From NCBI GenBank assembly GCA_036557905.1, contig DATBGR010000491.1, positions 1-39,239 on the forward strand: a stretch of 39,239 bases of DNA, read 5' to 3'. The first letter of the stretch is position 1, and every line of letters starts with the position of its first letter. A model generated the notes under the pieces. The model ran no database searches, was not told the origin of the DNA, and worked only from the letters and a program-made list of their open reading frames with translations. Source of the stretch: Nitrososphaeraceae archaeon. GTDB taxonomy: Archaea; Thermoproteota; Nitrososphaeria; Nitrososphaerales; Nitrososphaeraceae. Below, one piece after another: positions 1 to 9,583 of this stretch. A program made the translations under genes and the position numbers.

Positions 1-771
1 CCCAAACTAATCCGGGCCGCGTACTATCTGGCCGCACAATATGATCATCATGGAAATTCGCACAAAATGTCTGCCAAATACACGCTCCATTAACCTTTCA
101 CGATTTAAGATTCATCTTAATTTTTAAGCCAGTTAGTGAAAAAGAGGTGGTTTTTCCGTATATAATATACCTAGTATGGCAATCCCTATTGTAGATAGTA
201 CAAGTAGTAAAGCGACTTTTATCACATAAATTGGATTATCGGAATGAGAATGGGTTTTTGTGCGTACTCCGATAATAGTAGGAAACCATCAATTTACCTT
301 AACATAGGTATAAGCTGGTCAGGGGATTATGCTAGCCAGCTAGTTATATTGTATCATCCAGGCAACTCAAAAAATAAGCCTATCTTAGAAAATGCATACG
401 ATGATCCTTTATTGGATCCTTTATGATTGTTGTTCCCTTGAGCTCAGTCAAGTGAGTGACTACAAATGCAGCCACTAAAGGTAAACTAACTCCGAATGCA
501 ACATATGCCCCAGGTACAAGGCCTCCTAACATAACAATCTCATCATTAAATAAGCATCTCAAATATATAAATTTCATTGAACTTTGTTCAAGACTCAACT
601 AAATGTATATAATTTGTGATATTAATAAAAAACATTGATAATCAAATCATTAGTTTAAATATATTATATTATGACTTTTATTAGTATTTGGTTTATTTCA
701 CAATTTGATAGTATTTGGTTTAATTTAATAAAGACATAATAGGTTGTTTGTAGTTACCTATACTAATCCGT

Positions 772-1012
772 CGAAGCCGACTGATCGAAAGAGAGGAATG
801 ATCTATCATACAGATCTGCATTGCGGGTAAAGGCCCACGATGTCCTAGGAAATGTATGGTTGTCACCATAGTGAAATAGGTAGTCGCCGGTTGGAAACTA
901 TTGGCGAGGAGTCCATCACTGTGATGGTAAGGGCAAACTACGAGGCTGCCTGGACCCTAGGATGTCAGTCCTGGATAGAAAGCCACATGTCTTCGAGAAT
1001 CAGTCGGTTGTT
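772..1012 (+). ncRNA. Structured ncRNA candidate, RNase P RNA-like (identity tentative)
   Basis: G+C is 112/230 (48.7%, hand count, 781-1010) inside very AT-rich flanks. A long-range closing helix pairs 775-785 with 999-1009 (CCGACUGAU/AUCAGUCGG core). Internal hairpins lie at 800-816, 855-870, 885-906, 913-927 and 949-974. Several motifs recall RNase P conserved regions: GAGGAA 793-798, AGUGAAAUAGGUA 870-882, GGUAAGGGCAAAC 926-938, CCUAGGAUG 956-964 and AUAGAA 975-980. I could not fix the P3/P4 assignment unambiguously. Confidence 0.45.
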
Positions 1013-1077
1013 CTGTTTATTTCTTGTCTGCCAAGAATATTTCTGATTATTGAGCCAGAATTTTGCTTTTGCGTAAA

Positions 1078-1560
1078 TTACTTTGGTATATTAGAATTTA
1101 TTTTTTCTACCGTAGGTGGTTCTTGCACTGAAAGTTGTCCCGCCACGGTTGGCTGGTGGTAAGTACAGTAGAAACGAAATATGCCTTCTTGATTTGCCTT
1201 AAACGTAATTGTTCCATTATGAAGTGGCAGCAAATCTTCATTTGTGTTATATGGTTTTCCTATCGTAAATGTGTGCCTCTCAGTCGTATCTAGATTATAG
1301 AAATGTATGGTTATATTGTCACCCTTGTTTGCCAAAAGTATGTCTGGTGAGTACGTATCTGCCGGAATTCCCAATTTGGTTTCATTGATTCCGTCATGTT
1401 CTGTGGTAAACAGATAGAATGTTTTGTCACTTGAACTGGCAATAATTTGATTCGCAGTAGGAAAAGTGGAGCCTGTATTAGTTGAATTAGTGGGTTGTGC
1501 ACGAAGAATGGAAGTCACACCTGTTGTAGCAATCATTAAGAATAACATGGCTACAAACAC
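1078..1560 (-). CDS. Secreted cupredoxin-fold (blue copper-like) protein
   Basis: The N-terminus is a hydrophobic signal or anchor. An upstream His sits in ERHTFTI. The C-terminal motif FYCTYHQPTVAGQL has C-x2-H spacing typical of type-1 Cu sites but no Met at the axial position. The modelled start is GTG. Confidence 0.75.
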   Translation of the reverse strand: MFVAMLFLMIATTGVTSILRAQPTNSTNTGSTFPTANQIIASSSDKTFYLFTTEHDGINETKLGIPADTYSPDILLANKGDNITIHFYNLDTTERHTFTIGKPYNTNEDLLPLHNGTITFKANQEGIFRFYCTYHQPTVAGQLSVQEPPTVEKINSNIPK

Positions 1561-2171
1561 AATTACAATACATGATGATTTTTTGATCTTTTCACTCGCA
1601 TCTGCATAATTTCTATAATTCTAAAGCTAGACTATATAACCAATATATATAATAAATTCATCCAGCAAATAATTTTCCAAGATTATGCAAAAACTGTTGT
1701 CAAAGAATCTTCGTATGTAAGTTTTACTTCTTGTCCTCGTCGGAAGGTGAGGGACCAGCGTATCCATTAATCCGAGAGTACTCAAAGTTGGATTCATAAA
1801 ATAATAATAGAAGAATTATAATAATTATAATTTTTTGACCAGTTTTAAATGATAAAAAGAAAGCAAGAAGGTTTCCAATCGTAGTCTTTAATGCATATTC
1901 TAATACATACAGTTAGAACATCCATTGCTTACCTTTTTGGAAAAGCCCTAAATTGGACTCCTTTGACGATTCTGGGCATCATTCGTCGTGGGCTACGCTA
2001 CCATTGTTGGTAACTGTTGTTATTTCTATTTCTAAACTGCCATCATCATTAATCAAACTCACCCGCTTCCAGAGGTACAAGCCTATAGAGAGACTTATTC
2101 AGCCTTGTATCACAGGCATAGATAGATTTCTTATTGCTTCTGATGTTGTTGTTGTTTTTGTTGCTGTTCAG

Positions 2172-2354
2172 TCATTCTTCGTTAAGGTCTAACACTGCCA
2201 ACTTAATACGTTGGAGTCTTTCTAGATTGACTTTTGCTACCCCTACGTTATCTCTGATTTCAATATCTCCGTATTGTCGTTGTTCTTCATCATGTAAAAT
2301 ATCCAATAGATATTTAATATCGTCTTTATTCAGTTTCGAAGATTTGTTAGTCAT
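2172..2354 (-). CDS. Hypothetical small charged helical protein (60 aa)
   Basis: The translation (KDDIKYLLDILHDEEQRQYGDIEIRD...) is more protein-like than the overlapping low-complexity plus-strand ORFs. I recognise no family. Confidence 0.35.
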   Translation of the reverse strand: MTNKSSKLNKDDIKYLLDILHDEEQRQYGDIEIRDNVGVAKVNLERLQRIKLAVLDLNEE

Positions 2355-2524
2355 TTCTTGGATTTACCAGCAGAAGATAATAGTTCTCATTCAATATATT
2401 AATCGAAGACCTTGTTGATAACATCATCTTCCCCCTCCAAATTAACCTCCAAATTAGTCGATTATTAATACTCAGGGAAGTATTTCTTCTAATCTGGATT
2501 ACAGGAAAGTTTTATTTCTTCATT

Positions 2525-2911
2525 GTGCTTTACCACAACATGAATTATCACCGGGCCACTATTATCACCTTAATTTCAATATCAATAGTAGGTATCTGTG
2601 CAATCCCCTTCGGTGATCCGCGGTTGATTTATGGATCCGTAGTATTAGAGCTTTTATTTATCGTTCTAACATTCTTTGTTTGGAAAGAATCTACCAGGGC
2701 ACTCTATGCATGTCTTATAGTAGGATGCATAGTAATTATTGGTAATAGTCTTGCGCCACCACATGTTCATCTTATGACCACATTTGAAAAACCAATAAAT
2801 GCGATTATTCTGATCGTCGGAGGATATGTGCTTCAGGGAATGTTGGTAATATTTAGCTTAAAGACAATATTGGAGAGGCGTTCTATCCCTGTCTCGAATA
2901 TCAGTAGATAG
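2525..2911 (+). CDS. Hypothetical integral membrane protein (about 4 TM)
   Basis: There are four hydrophobic segments (TLISISIVGICAI, VVLELLFIVLTFFVW, ALYACLIVGCIVIIG, AIILIVGGYVLQGMLVIFSL). The modelled start is GTG, and an ATG at 2540 is an alternative. Confidence 0.55.
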   Translation: MLYHNMNYHRATIITLISISIVGICAIPFGDPRLIYGSVVLELLFIVLTFFVWKESTRALYACLIVGCIVIIGNSLAPPHVHLMTTFEKPINAIILIVGGYVLQGMLVIFSLKTILERRSIPVSNISR

Positions 2912-3212
2912 TGATAAGACGATAGGTATGTTAACATTAATTCAAAGACAAGCAAGTACTAGACGAAAATCTAATGTAGATTCTTAGTCGTCTGACCCTC
3001 ATCATTATCAGTGCAATGTGGTCTATTTATAGATGGAATTATTATTTGCCCTTATCAGGAATGACCTCATTTATCCTTCGAACCAGGTCCTGTAGACAGA
3101 TCTGAAAGCAGTTTTGGATTGATTGATTGTGGAGAGGGTTATGATAAAGTAGTTGTTTTTAATCCAGCAAACTGCGGCTATCATCGTGGGCCGGTCATCG
3201 CGATGAGGGCTG

Positions 3213-3489
3213 CTAGCGCTGGCGCTCAGCTACAGCTACGGCATACTCCACCGTCGCTCGCTTGGAGCACACGCGCATCAGGTCTCGGGATTTGCTGTGC
3301 AGAGCCTCTTGTATCTTCTGCTCTGTCTCCTTGAACAGTCGCTCCTGATGACCGTCCCGCCGTACTTGCTGAGCGGCGCGATGGCCTTGTCTGGGGTCAC
3401 TTTCTCCACGATCTTGAACAGCGTCAAGGTCCGAGGGCAGCTCGAGCCGAGGACCTGGCTGATGAATTCGTTGCTGATACCCGAATACT
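3213..3489 (-). pseudogene. 5'-truncated, frameshifted fragment of an XRE-type HTH gene inside a GC-rich island
   Basis: One minus frame reads IIKYSGISNEFISQVLGSSCPRTLTLFKIVEKVTPDKAIAPLSKYGG. This has the pattern of HTH helices 2-3. There is a stop immediately upstream and no start codon. A protein-like continuation, QERLFKETEQKIQEALHSKSRDLMRVCSKRATVEYAVAVAERQR*, lies in a different frame. G+C is 59.7% against about 26% in the flank. Confidence 0.35.
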
Positions 3490-3577
3490 TGATTATACGT
3501 TAATCGACAAATGTACTGAATTTTAGACACAAGAAAACATATTTGAAATATTGATGACATATAATAATTGATTGATA

Positions 3578-5917
3578 ATGAGCACCACAACTAGCCCTGA
3601 ATTTCAACTCAATGTTGATACAACGCCATTTCTTGTAAACAAAGTGTACGAAAAATTAAATAATAATATCGAACTGTTTAGAAAAAATACAAACCGTTCA
3701 CTTACAATATGTGAAAAAATTTTGCTTGGGCATCTAGATCGAACTATGGTATCTTACACAGATGATAAGTTGGTGCCCGGCAGGAGTTACGTAGTTTTAA
3801 ATCCTGACAGGGTTGCCTTACAGGATGTAACGGGACAAATGACAATTTTGCAGTTCATGCAGGCCGGTCTAATCAGAGCTACTATTCCCACTACCGTTCA
3901 CTGTGATCATCTGATCCAAGCAAGAGTGGGTAGTCAACCAGATACTCAAGCCGCAATCGATGAAAATAATGAAGTCTACCAATTCCTGGAATCTGCGGCC
4001 GCCAAATACGGCTTGGGATTTTGGAAGCCTGGAGCAGGGATAATCCATCAAGTAGTTCTTGAAAACTATGCATTCCCAGGAGGCCTTATGATAGGAACTG
4101 ACTCCCATACTCCAAACGCTGGAGGTCTAGGGATGATAGCTATAGGAGTAGGTGGTCTAGATGCAGCTGAGGTAATGGCTGGAATGTCATGGGAATTGTT
4201 GTATCCAAAACGTATTGGAGTTTATCTTACCGGAGAACTAAATAAATGGGCTTCTCCAAAGGATGTCATACTTTACGTTGCATCCAAATTAACGGTCTCT
4301 GGAGGAACAAACGCAGTGATCGAATATTTTGGACCGGGAGCTAGATCAATTAGTTGTACGGGAAAAGCAACGATTACAAATATGGGCGCTGAAATAGGTG
4401 CTACCACATCTATATTTCCATACGATGACAGGATGGATACTTACCTTAGGGCTACCAAGAGGGCAAAGATAGCAGATGTTGCTAACAAGCATAAAGATCT
4501 TTTAGTTCAGGATCCAGAAATTGAAGAGGATATAATTAAGGATCGAGGAAATTCAATCAAGCATTTTGATCAGCTAATTGAAATCGATCTATCTATTCTT
4601 GAACCATATATTGTAGGTCCGCATACACCTGACCTTGGAAGACCCATTTCCGAAATGGCAGATGATGTAAAGAAGAATAGCTATTTGGACTCAATATCGG
4701 TTGCGCTGATAGGTAGCTGTACAAATTCTTCTTATGAAGACATGTCCAGAGCTGCAGACATTGCCGAACAAGCCAATGCCAGGGGAATTAAAACTAAAGT
4801 TCCATTGCAAGTAACACCAGGCTCTGAGATGATTCGTGCAACCATAGAAAGAGACGGTCAGATGGAATCCTTAAAAAATATTGGCGCAAATGTATTGGCA
4901 AATGCTTGTGGTCCCTGTATAGGGCAGTGGAAACGGTCTGAGCTAAAGAAAGATGAACCCAACACAATCGTTACTTCCTACAATAGAAACTTTCCAGGAC
5001 GAAACGATGGTAAGAGAAACACTATGAATTTTATTGCTAGCCCAGAGCTTGTTATTGCACTTGCACTTGGAGGTAGGCTTTCATTCAATCCTGTAACTGA
5101 CCAATTGAGTGCAGGTGACGGAACAAAATTCAATCTCGAGCCTCCAAAGATGGCACCGGAGATTCCACGAACTGGTTTTAAGGATATCGATGGTGTGTAC
5201 CTTCCACCTTCAGAAGAACCTGCAAACATTGAGGTAAAAATTGATGAGAACAGTGAGCGATTACAAAAGTTAGTACCTTTTCCCAGATGGGACGGTAAGA
5301 ATTTCGAAAACTTACCAATCTTGGCAAAAGTAAAAGGAAAATGTACCACTGATCATATTTCACCAGCTGGCATGTGGTTAATGTATAGGGGACATTTAGA
5401 CAAGATTAGCGATAATTTACTTCTCGGCGCGGTCAATGCCTTCCACGATAAAGATGTTGGAACTGGCAAGAACATTCTTGATGGTATGAGCGAATCATTT
5501 CCGCATATTGCTAGATATTACAAAAGCAAGGGTCTAAAGTGGATTATCGTAGGAGACAGAAACTATGGTGAAGGTAGCAGCAGGGAACATGCGGCCATGA
5601 CGCCAAGATATCTGGGTTGCGCAGCGGTAATAGCAAGGAGTTTTGCAAGAATTCATGAAACTAATCTCAAAAAACAGGGCATACTCGTACTGACCTTTAT
5701 GGATCTATCGGATTATGATAAGATCCTTGAAGACGATAGAATCAGTATCACAGGTCTTACCAAGTTAAAGCCTAATCAGTCTGTGGTATGTACGTTGCAT
5801 CATAGAACTGGGGATGACGAGGTCATACATTTACAACATTCATATAACGATGATCAATTGAAATGGTTCCAAGCAGGATCGGCGCTTAATTTGCTTCGTT
5901 CAACGGATACTAAATGA
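3578..5917 (+). CDS. acn: Aconitate hydratase, mitochondrial-type (about 780 aa)
   Basis: Diagnostic motifs are present: GTDSHTPNAGGLG, IGSCTNSSYEDM, NACGPCIGQW (the three Fe-S Cys), SYNRNFPGRNDG and GEGSSREHAA. The ORF track starts at TTG 3572, and ATG 3578 (MSTTTSPEF) is the more likely start. Confidence 0.95.
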   Translation: MSTTTSPEFQLNVDTTPFLVNKVYEKLNNNIELFRKNTNRSLTICEKILLGHLDRTMVSYTDDKLVPGRSYVVLNPDRVALQDVTGQMTILQFMQAGLIRATIPTTVHCDHLIQARVGSQPDTQAAIDENNEVYQFLESAAAKYGLGFWKPGAGIIHQVVLENYAFPGGLMIGTDSHTPNAGGLGMIAIGVGGLDAAEVMAGMSWELLYPKRIGVYLTGELNKWASPKDVILYVASKLTVSGGTNAVIEYFGPGARSISCTGKATITNMGAEIGATTSIFPYDDRMDTYLRATKRAKIADVANKHKDLLVQDPEIEEDIIKDRGNSIKHFDQLIEIDLSILEPYIVGPHTPDLGRPISEMADDVKKNSYLDSISVALIGSCTNSSYEDMSRAADIAEQANARGIKTKVPLQVTPGSEMIRATIERDGQMESLKNIGANVLANACGPCIGQWKRSELKKDEPNTIVTSYNRNFPGRNDGKRNTMNFIASPELVIALALGGRLSFNPVTDQLSAGDGTKFNLEPPKMAPEIPRTGFKDIDGVYLPPSEEPANIEVKIDENSERLQKLVPFPRWDGKNFENLPILAKVKGKCTTDHISPAGMWLMYRGHLDKISDNLLLGAVNAFHDKDVGTGKNILDGMSESFPHIARYYKSKGLKWIIVGDRNYGEGSSREHAAMTPRYLGCAAVIARSFARIHETNLKKQGILVLTFMDLSDYDKILEDDRISITGLTKLKPNQSVVCTLHHRTGDDEVIHLQHSYNDDQLKWFQAGSALNLLRSTDTK

Positions 5918-6193
5918 ATAATTAGGCAAGTCGAGGACAATTATCAATTAGATAAAGATTGGAGTATATGCTTTCACCTAAAAGGAAGGTGGGTCGAACC
6001 CAGTATGTGACCGATCAGATTATGTTAGTAGATGATAGACCAAACTGTCAGGACCTCAGAATAAGAGAAGTAACGATCAGTATGTTGCTTAATCGAATTG
6101 GCCTAATAGTTTGATGCTTAATAAACTAGTTAGTTGGATAGACAAACGTAAAGTTATATAAATTCGTGCCATATACTTTTCGGTCATAAGATT

Positions 6194-6820
6194 TTGAATA
6201 CTTCGAACTGGACAATCATTTCAATCCTTCTAGGATTAGCAATGGCAACCATTCCATACACTCTTGATCAATTTCAAGTGTTGAATGCACAGATGGATAT
6301 GGCCTCCTCACACATGAATATGTCCGCACCTGTAGATTACAACTCAATAAAGTTTGTGCCATATAGAAATCCCAATTTAGGAATTCAAATTATACATCCA
6401 ATTTCCTGGAAACCTGTAGAGAACATTACGACCAGAGGTCATACAGTCGAATTCATGCCTGCTGTAGAAAACGAACACCAGCAGCTTATGCCCTTCGTAA
6501 CGTTATCTATTGAAAAAACTGGTGACAAAATTGGCAATCTGAAGTCATTGACCGATCAAAATCTTCAGATAGCAAAAAGTATGCCTGGATTTCATATGAT
6601 AAATTCTAGTGACATTGAATTATCCGGAATTCCTGCGCACAAGATTATATACACATTCACTAGCCCAGTACCAATCCCAGCAGGATTTCAATCTATGAAT
6701 ATCTGGACTATAAAAGGTAACACTGTGTACACCATCTCATATTCTGAGGCAAAATCAGAATTCGTCAAACACCTTCCAACCATCGAGAAAATGGTCCAAT
6801 CATTCGCAATAGCCAGTTAA
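6194..6820 (+). CDS. Membrane-anchored or secreted protein of unknown function (possibly a PsbP/Mog1-like fold), paralog of 12153-12944
   Basis: It has an N-terminal anchor (WTIISILLGLAMATI). The motif YRNPNLGIQIIHPISWKP and the C-terminal TVYTISYSEAKSEF...MVQSFAI have counterparts in the 12153 gene product. The start is TTG. The fold assignment is weak. Confidence 0.6.
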   Translation: MNTSNWTIISILLGLAMATIPYTLDQFQVLNAQMDMASSHMNMSAPVDYNSIKFVPYRNPNLGIQIIHPISWKPVENITTRGHTVEFMPAVENEHQQLMPFVTLSIEKTGDKIGNLKSLTDQNLQIAKSMPGFHMINSSDIELSGIPAHKIIYTFTSPVPIPAGFQSMNIWTIKGNTVYTISYSEAKSEFVKHLPTIEKMVQSFAIAS

Positions 6821-7213
6821 TACTGGCCAGACTCATATTCAATTTACTTAACGAATTCTGGACTGTCAAACTAGATTTAGAATTAAAAATAGTAAGTTAA
6901 GTTTCATCAAGAATCTAATCCAATTCTTGTCAGTTTTAGAATATATTTTCTAATTCCCTATCTAGGAATGGGCTTAATTAAATGGCATTAAGACAAAAAA
7001 ACACAGTAACTAAGCATAATATAATATGTATGATATCCTATGACGAGCATGTTGTTGGCCCATTGGCATACTGTTCTATATCTGGACATAAAGACCTTGA
7101 GTTGAAAACCAGCTAATAATAGTTTGACCTCAATGAAATTATCAAAAGACTAGACAAGGGGAAAACGTATATCCGTATAAAGTGTATTGCCCATTAAAAC
7201 ATAAGGATATACA

Positions 7214-8044
7214 TTGAGATACAATATTGTGAAGCGTTTAGGCTCAGGAGGTTTTGGGGCAGTGTATGGTGTGATCGGTGAAGATAACAATAAGTATGCG
7301 TTAAAAGAACTAGAGAATTTCAATAGTATAAACAAGGATCGCTTTGAACGAGAAATAAAAATTCTTTCAAAACTAGACCATCCAAACATAGTCAAAATTA
7401 CTCAATGGAATGTAGGTGGAGATCCTCCTAATTTTAGTCCCTATTATGTAATGGAATACTTGAGCGGCGGCTCGCTAAGAGAACATATGGATGAAAAATT
7501 TAGTCATGGTGAAATATTTGAAGCCAAGTGGACAATTAACAAAATTATCCTACCTATCTGTAATGCTCTAGCACAGGCCCATAGCGAGAAAATATACCAT
7601 AGAGATCTCAAACCTGACAACATTATTTACACAACTTCAAATAGATCTGAAGTCAAGGTCGCTGATTGGGGCCTAGGAAAAGATGTTAAAAAAGAGTCTA
7701 TAGCGTTAACTGCTACCGTAGGAGAGATTGGAGGAACACCGATCTACTGTGCTCCAGAGCAATGGTTTGGATACGATTATAATATCGATGGTCGTGTCGA
7801 TATCTTTTCAATCGGTGTAATATTTTATGAAATGCTTACTTCCAAGAAACCTATCGTTTATGAAGATAGAAATAATACTTTAGTAAAAAATGTAGTTCAA
7901 CCTCCTTCAACATATAGTTCTAGCATTTCCTTAAAATTGGATCGAGCTATCATGAAAATGATAGAAATCGAGCGAGAGAATAGGCATAATTCAGTTTGGG
8001 ATCTGATATCCGAGATTGAAACTTTACCAGAGAACTACTCGTGA
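7214..8044 (+). CDS. Hanks-type Ser/Thr protein kinase, stand-alone catalytic domain
   Basis: All core kinase motifs are present: G-loop GSGGFGAVY, beta3 Lys in YALKEL, catalytic loop HRDLKPDNI, DWG (a DFG variant) and GTPIYCAPE. The start is TTG. Confidence 0.9.
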   Translation: MRYNIVKRLGSGGFGAVYGVIGEDNNKYALKELENFNSINKDRFEREIKILSKLDHPNIVKITQWNVGGDPPNFSPYYVMEYLSGGSLREHMDEKFSHGEIFEAKWTINKIILPICNALAQAHSEKIYHRDLKPDNIIYTTSNRSEVKVADWGLGKDVKKESIALTATVGEIGGTPIYCAPEQWFGYDYNIDGRVDIFSIGVIFYEMLTSKKPIVYEDRNNTLVKNVVQPPSTYSSSISLKLDRAIMKMIEIERENRHNSVWDLISEIETLPENYS

Positions 8045-8368
8045 GATAACTGCATTTCCAAAAGGCACATCTTGAATTCTACTAGATCATTTTATCACAT
8101 CAATTTGTATCGTACAATTTGAAATCTTCAACATACTTGATGCATTATTAATTCATATGTTATTTATTCATATATTCATGGGCCCCATTTTACTTACGCC
8201 GTTGAAAATAAGAATCTGAATCATCTTCAAATTTACAACGCATATGAATTCGTGATTCAGCTAACTTGTGTCAACAAATTATCCTATTCAGAAAATTCTA
8301 TTTCTAATGTATAGTAATGAAGGTAGAGTTTACACAAATTTTCTATGCTGCTCTGGCCATCATTCGCT

Positions 8369-9583
8369 TTAGTTTTTATTATCGTGATCGAAAAAGTCGG
8401 TAATTCTAATCTCTTCTTTCTTGTTTCTGTACATCTGACTATTTCTTATCCATTCATTTTTCGATAAAGACATGCTGATAGATGCAAAGTTCAAAGCTTC
8501 ATCAAAGCTTTCGACTTGCTTGGCCGTACCTTCAAGGGCTCTTCTAATCCCCTCCCTGACTTGCCATACTCCTACAGGCATAACATACTCTGGATGGATC
8601 TCTCTTAAAATCAATACTGCTGCTTTATGTTGCACTTTGAAAAGATATTCAGCCACACCTAATCTAGCAGCAAAATATGCTCCAGCTATGGAAGGGTAAT
8701 GATCTAGACCATTTACATTTTCAAAATCTATTCCAATTTGCATATTTCCGCTATTATCATCATACCATGCCTCCTGCATTTCGAAACTCCAAATTTCATC
8801 TGGGATCAATATTACGGAGTAATAGTTTCCCAAATGTACATATTTGTAGATTTTGAAGCGATCGATCATGGAATATGTCTCGATCCTTTTTATCAAATTG
8901 GCCGATATGATATCATCAGTTGCAGAAATACTCCATCTTGTGGGTACTAGCTTGCGATTTTTTTTCAATCCTAACATACCAATACTTAGTACTCTGTGGA
9001 GGGTACTGACTTCTACGCCATCCAAATATAGCTCTACTATTGCTTGAGCTGCTGATAGATCCTTGTCATAGTAAGCGTCTTCTATTCTTTGATCGACTGA
9101 AATTGTAGACGAGGAGGTTTTAAAACTCTTCAAGGGAGCAGCTGGTCCGAAAGGCGCCGAGTCAGTATCAAATCCAGAATCTCTTTCCTGCTCAAGGTCT
9201 GATATGGGCATCCTTTCAAACGTTGCTTCACTTTCGACCGATTTGTTTGTCATAGCAACTTCCTGCAAAGATTCTACATACCTTCCGCTTACATTGTGAA
9301 CATCGACTTTGGAAACCCCCCGTACTAGAGTCAAACGGTAATTCACAATTTCTTCTAGACTCTTGCCAAGCCACATCTCCGGTTTATCAAGGATTGTCGT
9401 GTCCCCGTGGAGTGGAGGCATCATAGGTCCAACTTTTACTTTGGGATAACCATACCTTCCAACAAATACTGATGGTGGTGTGGCACCAGAAAGCATCGTT
9501 GTCGAGAGCTTTGCAGAATTATCACTAAGGAATCTAATCCAATTTCTTTCTAATCTTGCTTTGACTTCATTGGCAGTAACCAC
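8369..9583 (-). CDS. Archaeal Nre-family (DUF650/DUF651) DNA repair-associated protein
   Basis: It is about 400 aa and of an archaeal-specific type. Recalled family blocks are present: PPSVFVGRYGYPKVKVGP, LVPTRWSISATDD and MPVGVWQVREG. The C-terminal EIRITDFF is PIP-box-like. The start is GTG. The family assignment comes from memory of its motifs. Confidence 0.7.
   Translation of the reverse strand: MVTANEVKARLERNWIRFLSDNSAKLSTTMLSGATPPSVFVGRYGYPKVKVGPMMPPLHGDTTILDKPEMWLGKSLEEIVNYRLTLVRGVSKVDVHNVSGRYVESLQEVAMTNKSVESEATFERMPISDLEQERDSGFDTDSAPFGPAAPLKSFKTSSSTISVDQRIEDAYYDKDLSAAQAIVELYLDGVEVSTLHRVLSIGMLGLKKNRKLVPTRWSISATDDIISANLIKRIETYSMIDRFKIYKYVHLGNYYSVILIPDEIWSFEMQEAWYDDNSGNMQIGIDFENVNGLDHYPSIAGAYFAARLGVAEYLFKVQHKAAVLILREIHPEYVMPVGVWQVREGIRRALEGTAKQVESFDEALNFASISMSLSKNEWIRNSQMYRNKKEEIRITDFFDHDNKN

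Noticed and set aside
1-60. GC-rich window edge (CCGGGCCGCG...GGCCGC) as a tRNA 3' end or the tail of a CDS (...QTNPGRVLSGRTI* ending at 44).
   Set aside because: There is no 5-bp/7-nt T-arm geometry. Only 13 codons are visible, which is too little to call.
244-598. Overlapping ORFs 244-426 (+) and 380-598 (-).
   Set aside because: Neither has recognisable motifs. They overlap each other and I cannot decide which, if either, is real. The minus ORF has one TM-like segment.
852-1162. Plus-strand ORFs 852-1046 and 962-1162.
   Set aside because: They overlap the GC-rich structured-RNA candidate and the cupredoxin gene. Their translations are not protein-like, and the open frames are explained by the local GC richness.
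3119-3590. ORFs 3119-3334 (+), 3297-3503 (+) and 3213-3590 (-) as intact genes. I also considered SRP RNA as an explanation for the GC island.
   Set aside because: The plus-strand translations are Ala/Ser/Leu-rich noise. The 125-aa minus ORF has a junk AT-rich N-terminus that overlaps the aconitase start. I found no GNRA-capped helix-8-like motif (AGG...GGAA...AGCA) or terminal pairing expected of SRP RNA.
3869-5363. Antisense ORFs inside aconitase (3869-4108, 3891-4073, 4978-5349, 5178-5363).
   Set aside because: They lie entirely within a high-confidence conserved CDS on the opposite strand and have no recognisable motifs.
5985-6005. GGGTCGAACCC hairpin resembling a tRNA T-arm downstream of aconitase.
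   Set aside because: No acceptor, D or anticodon arms can be built around it. It is probably just a small hairpin.
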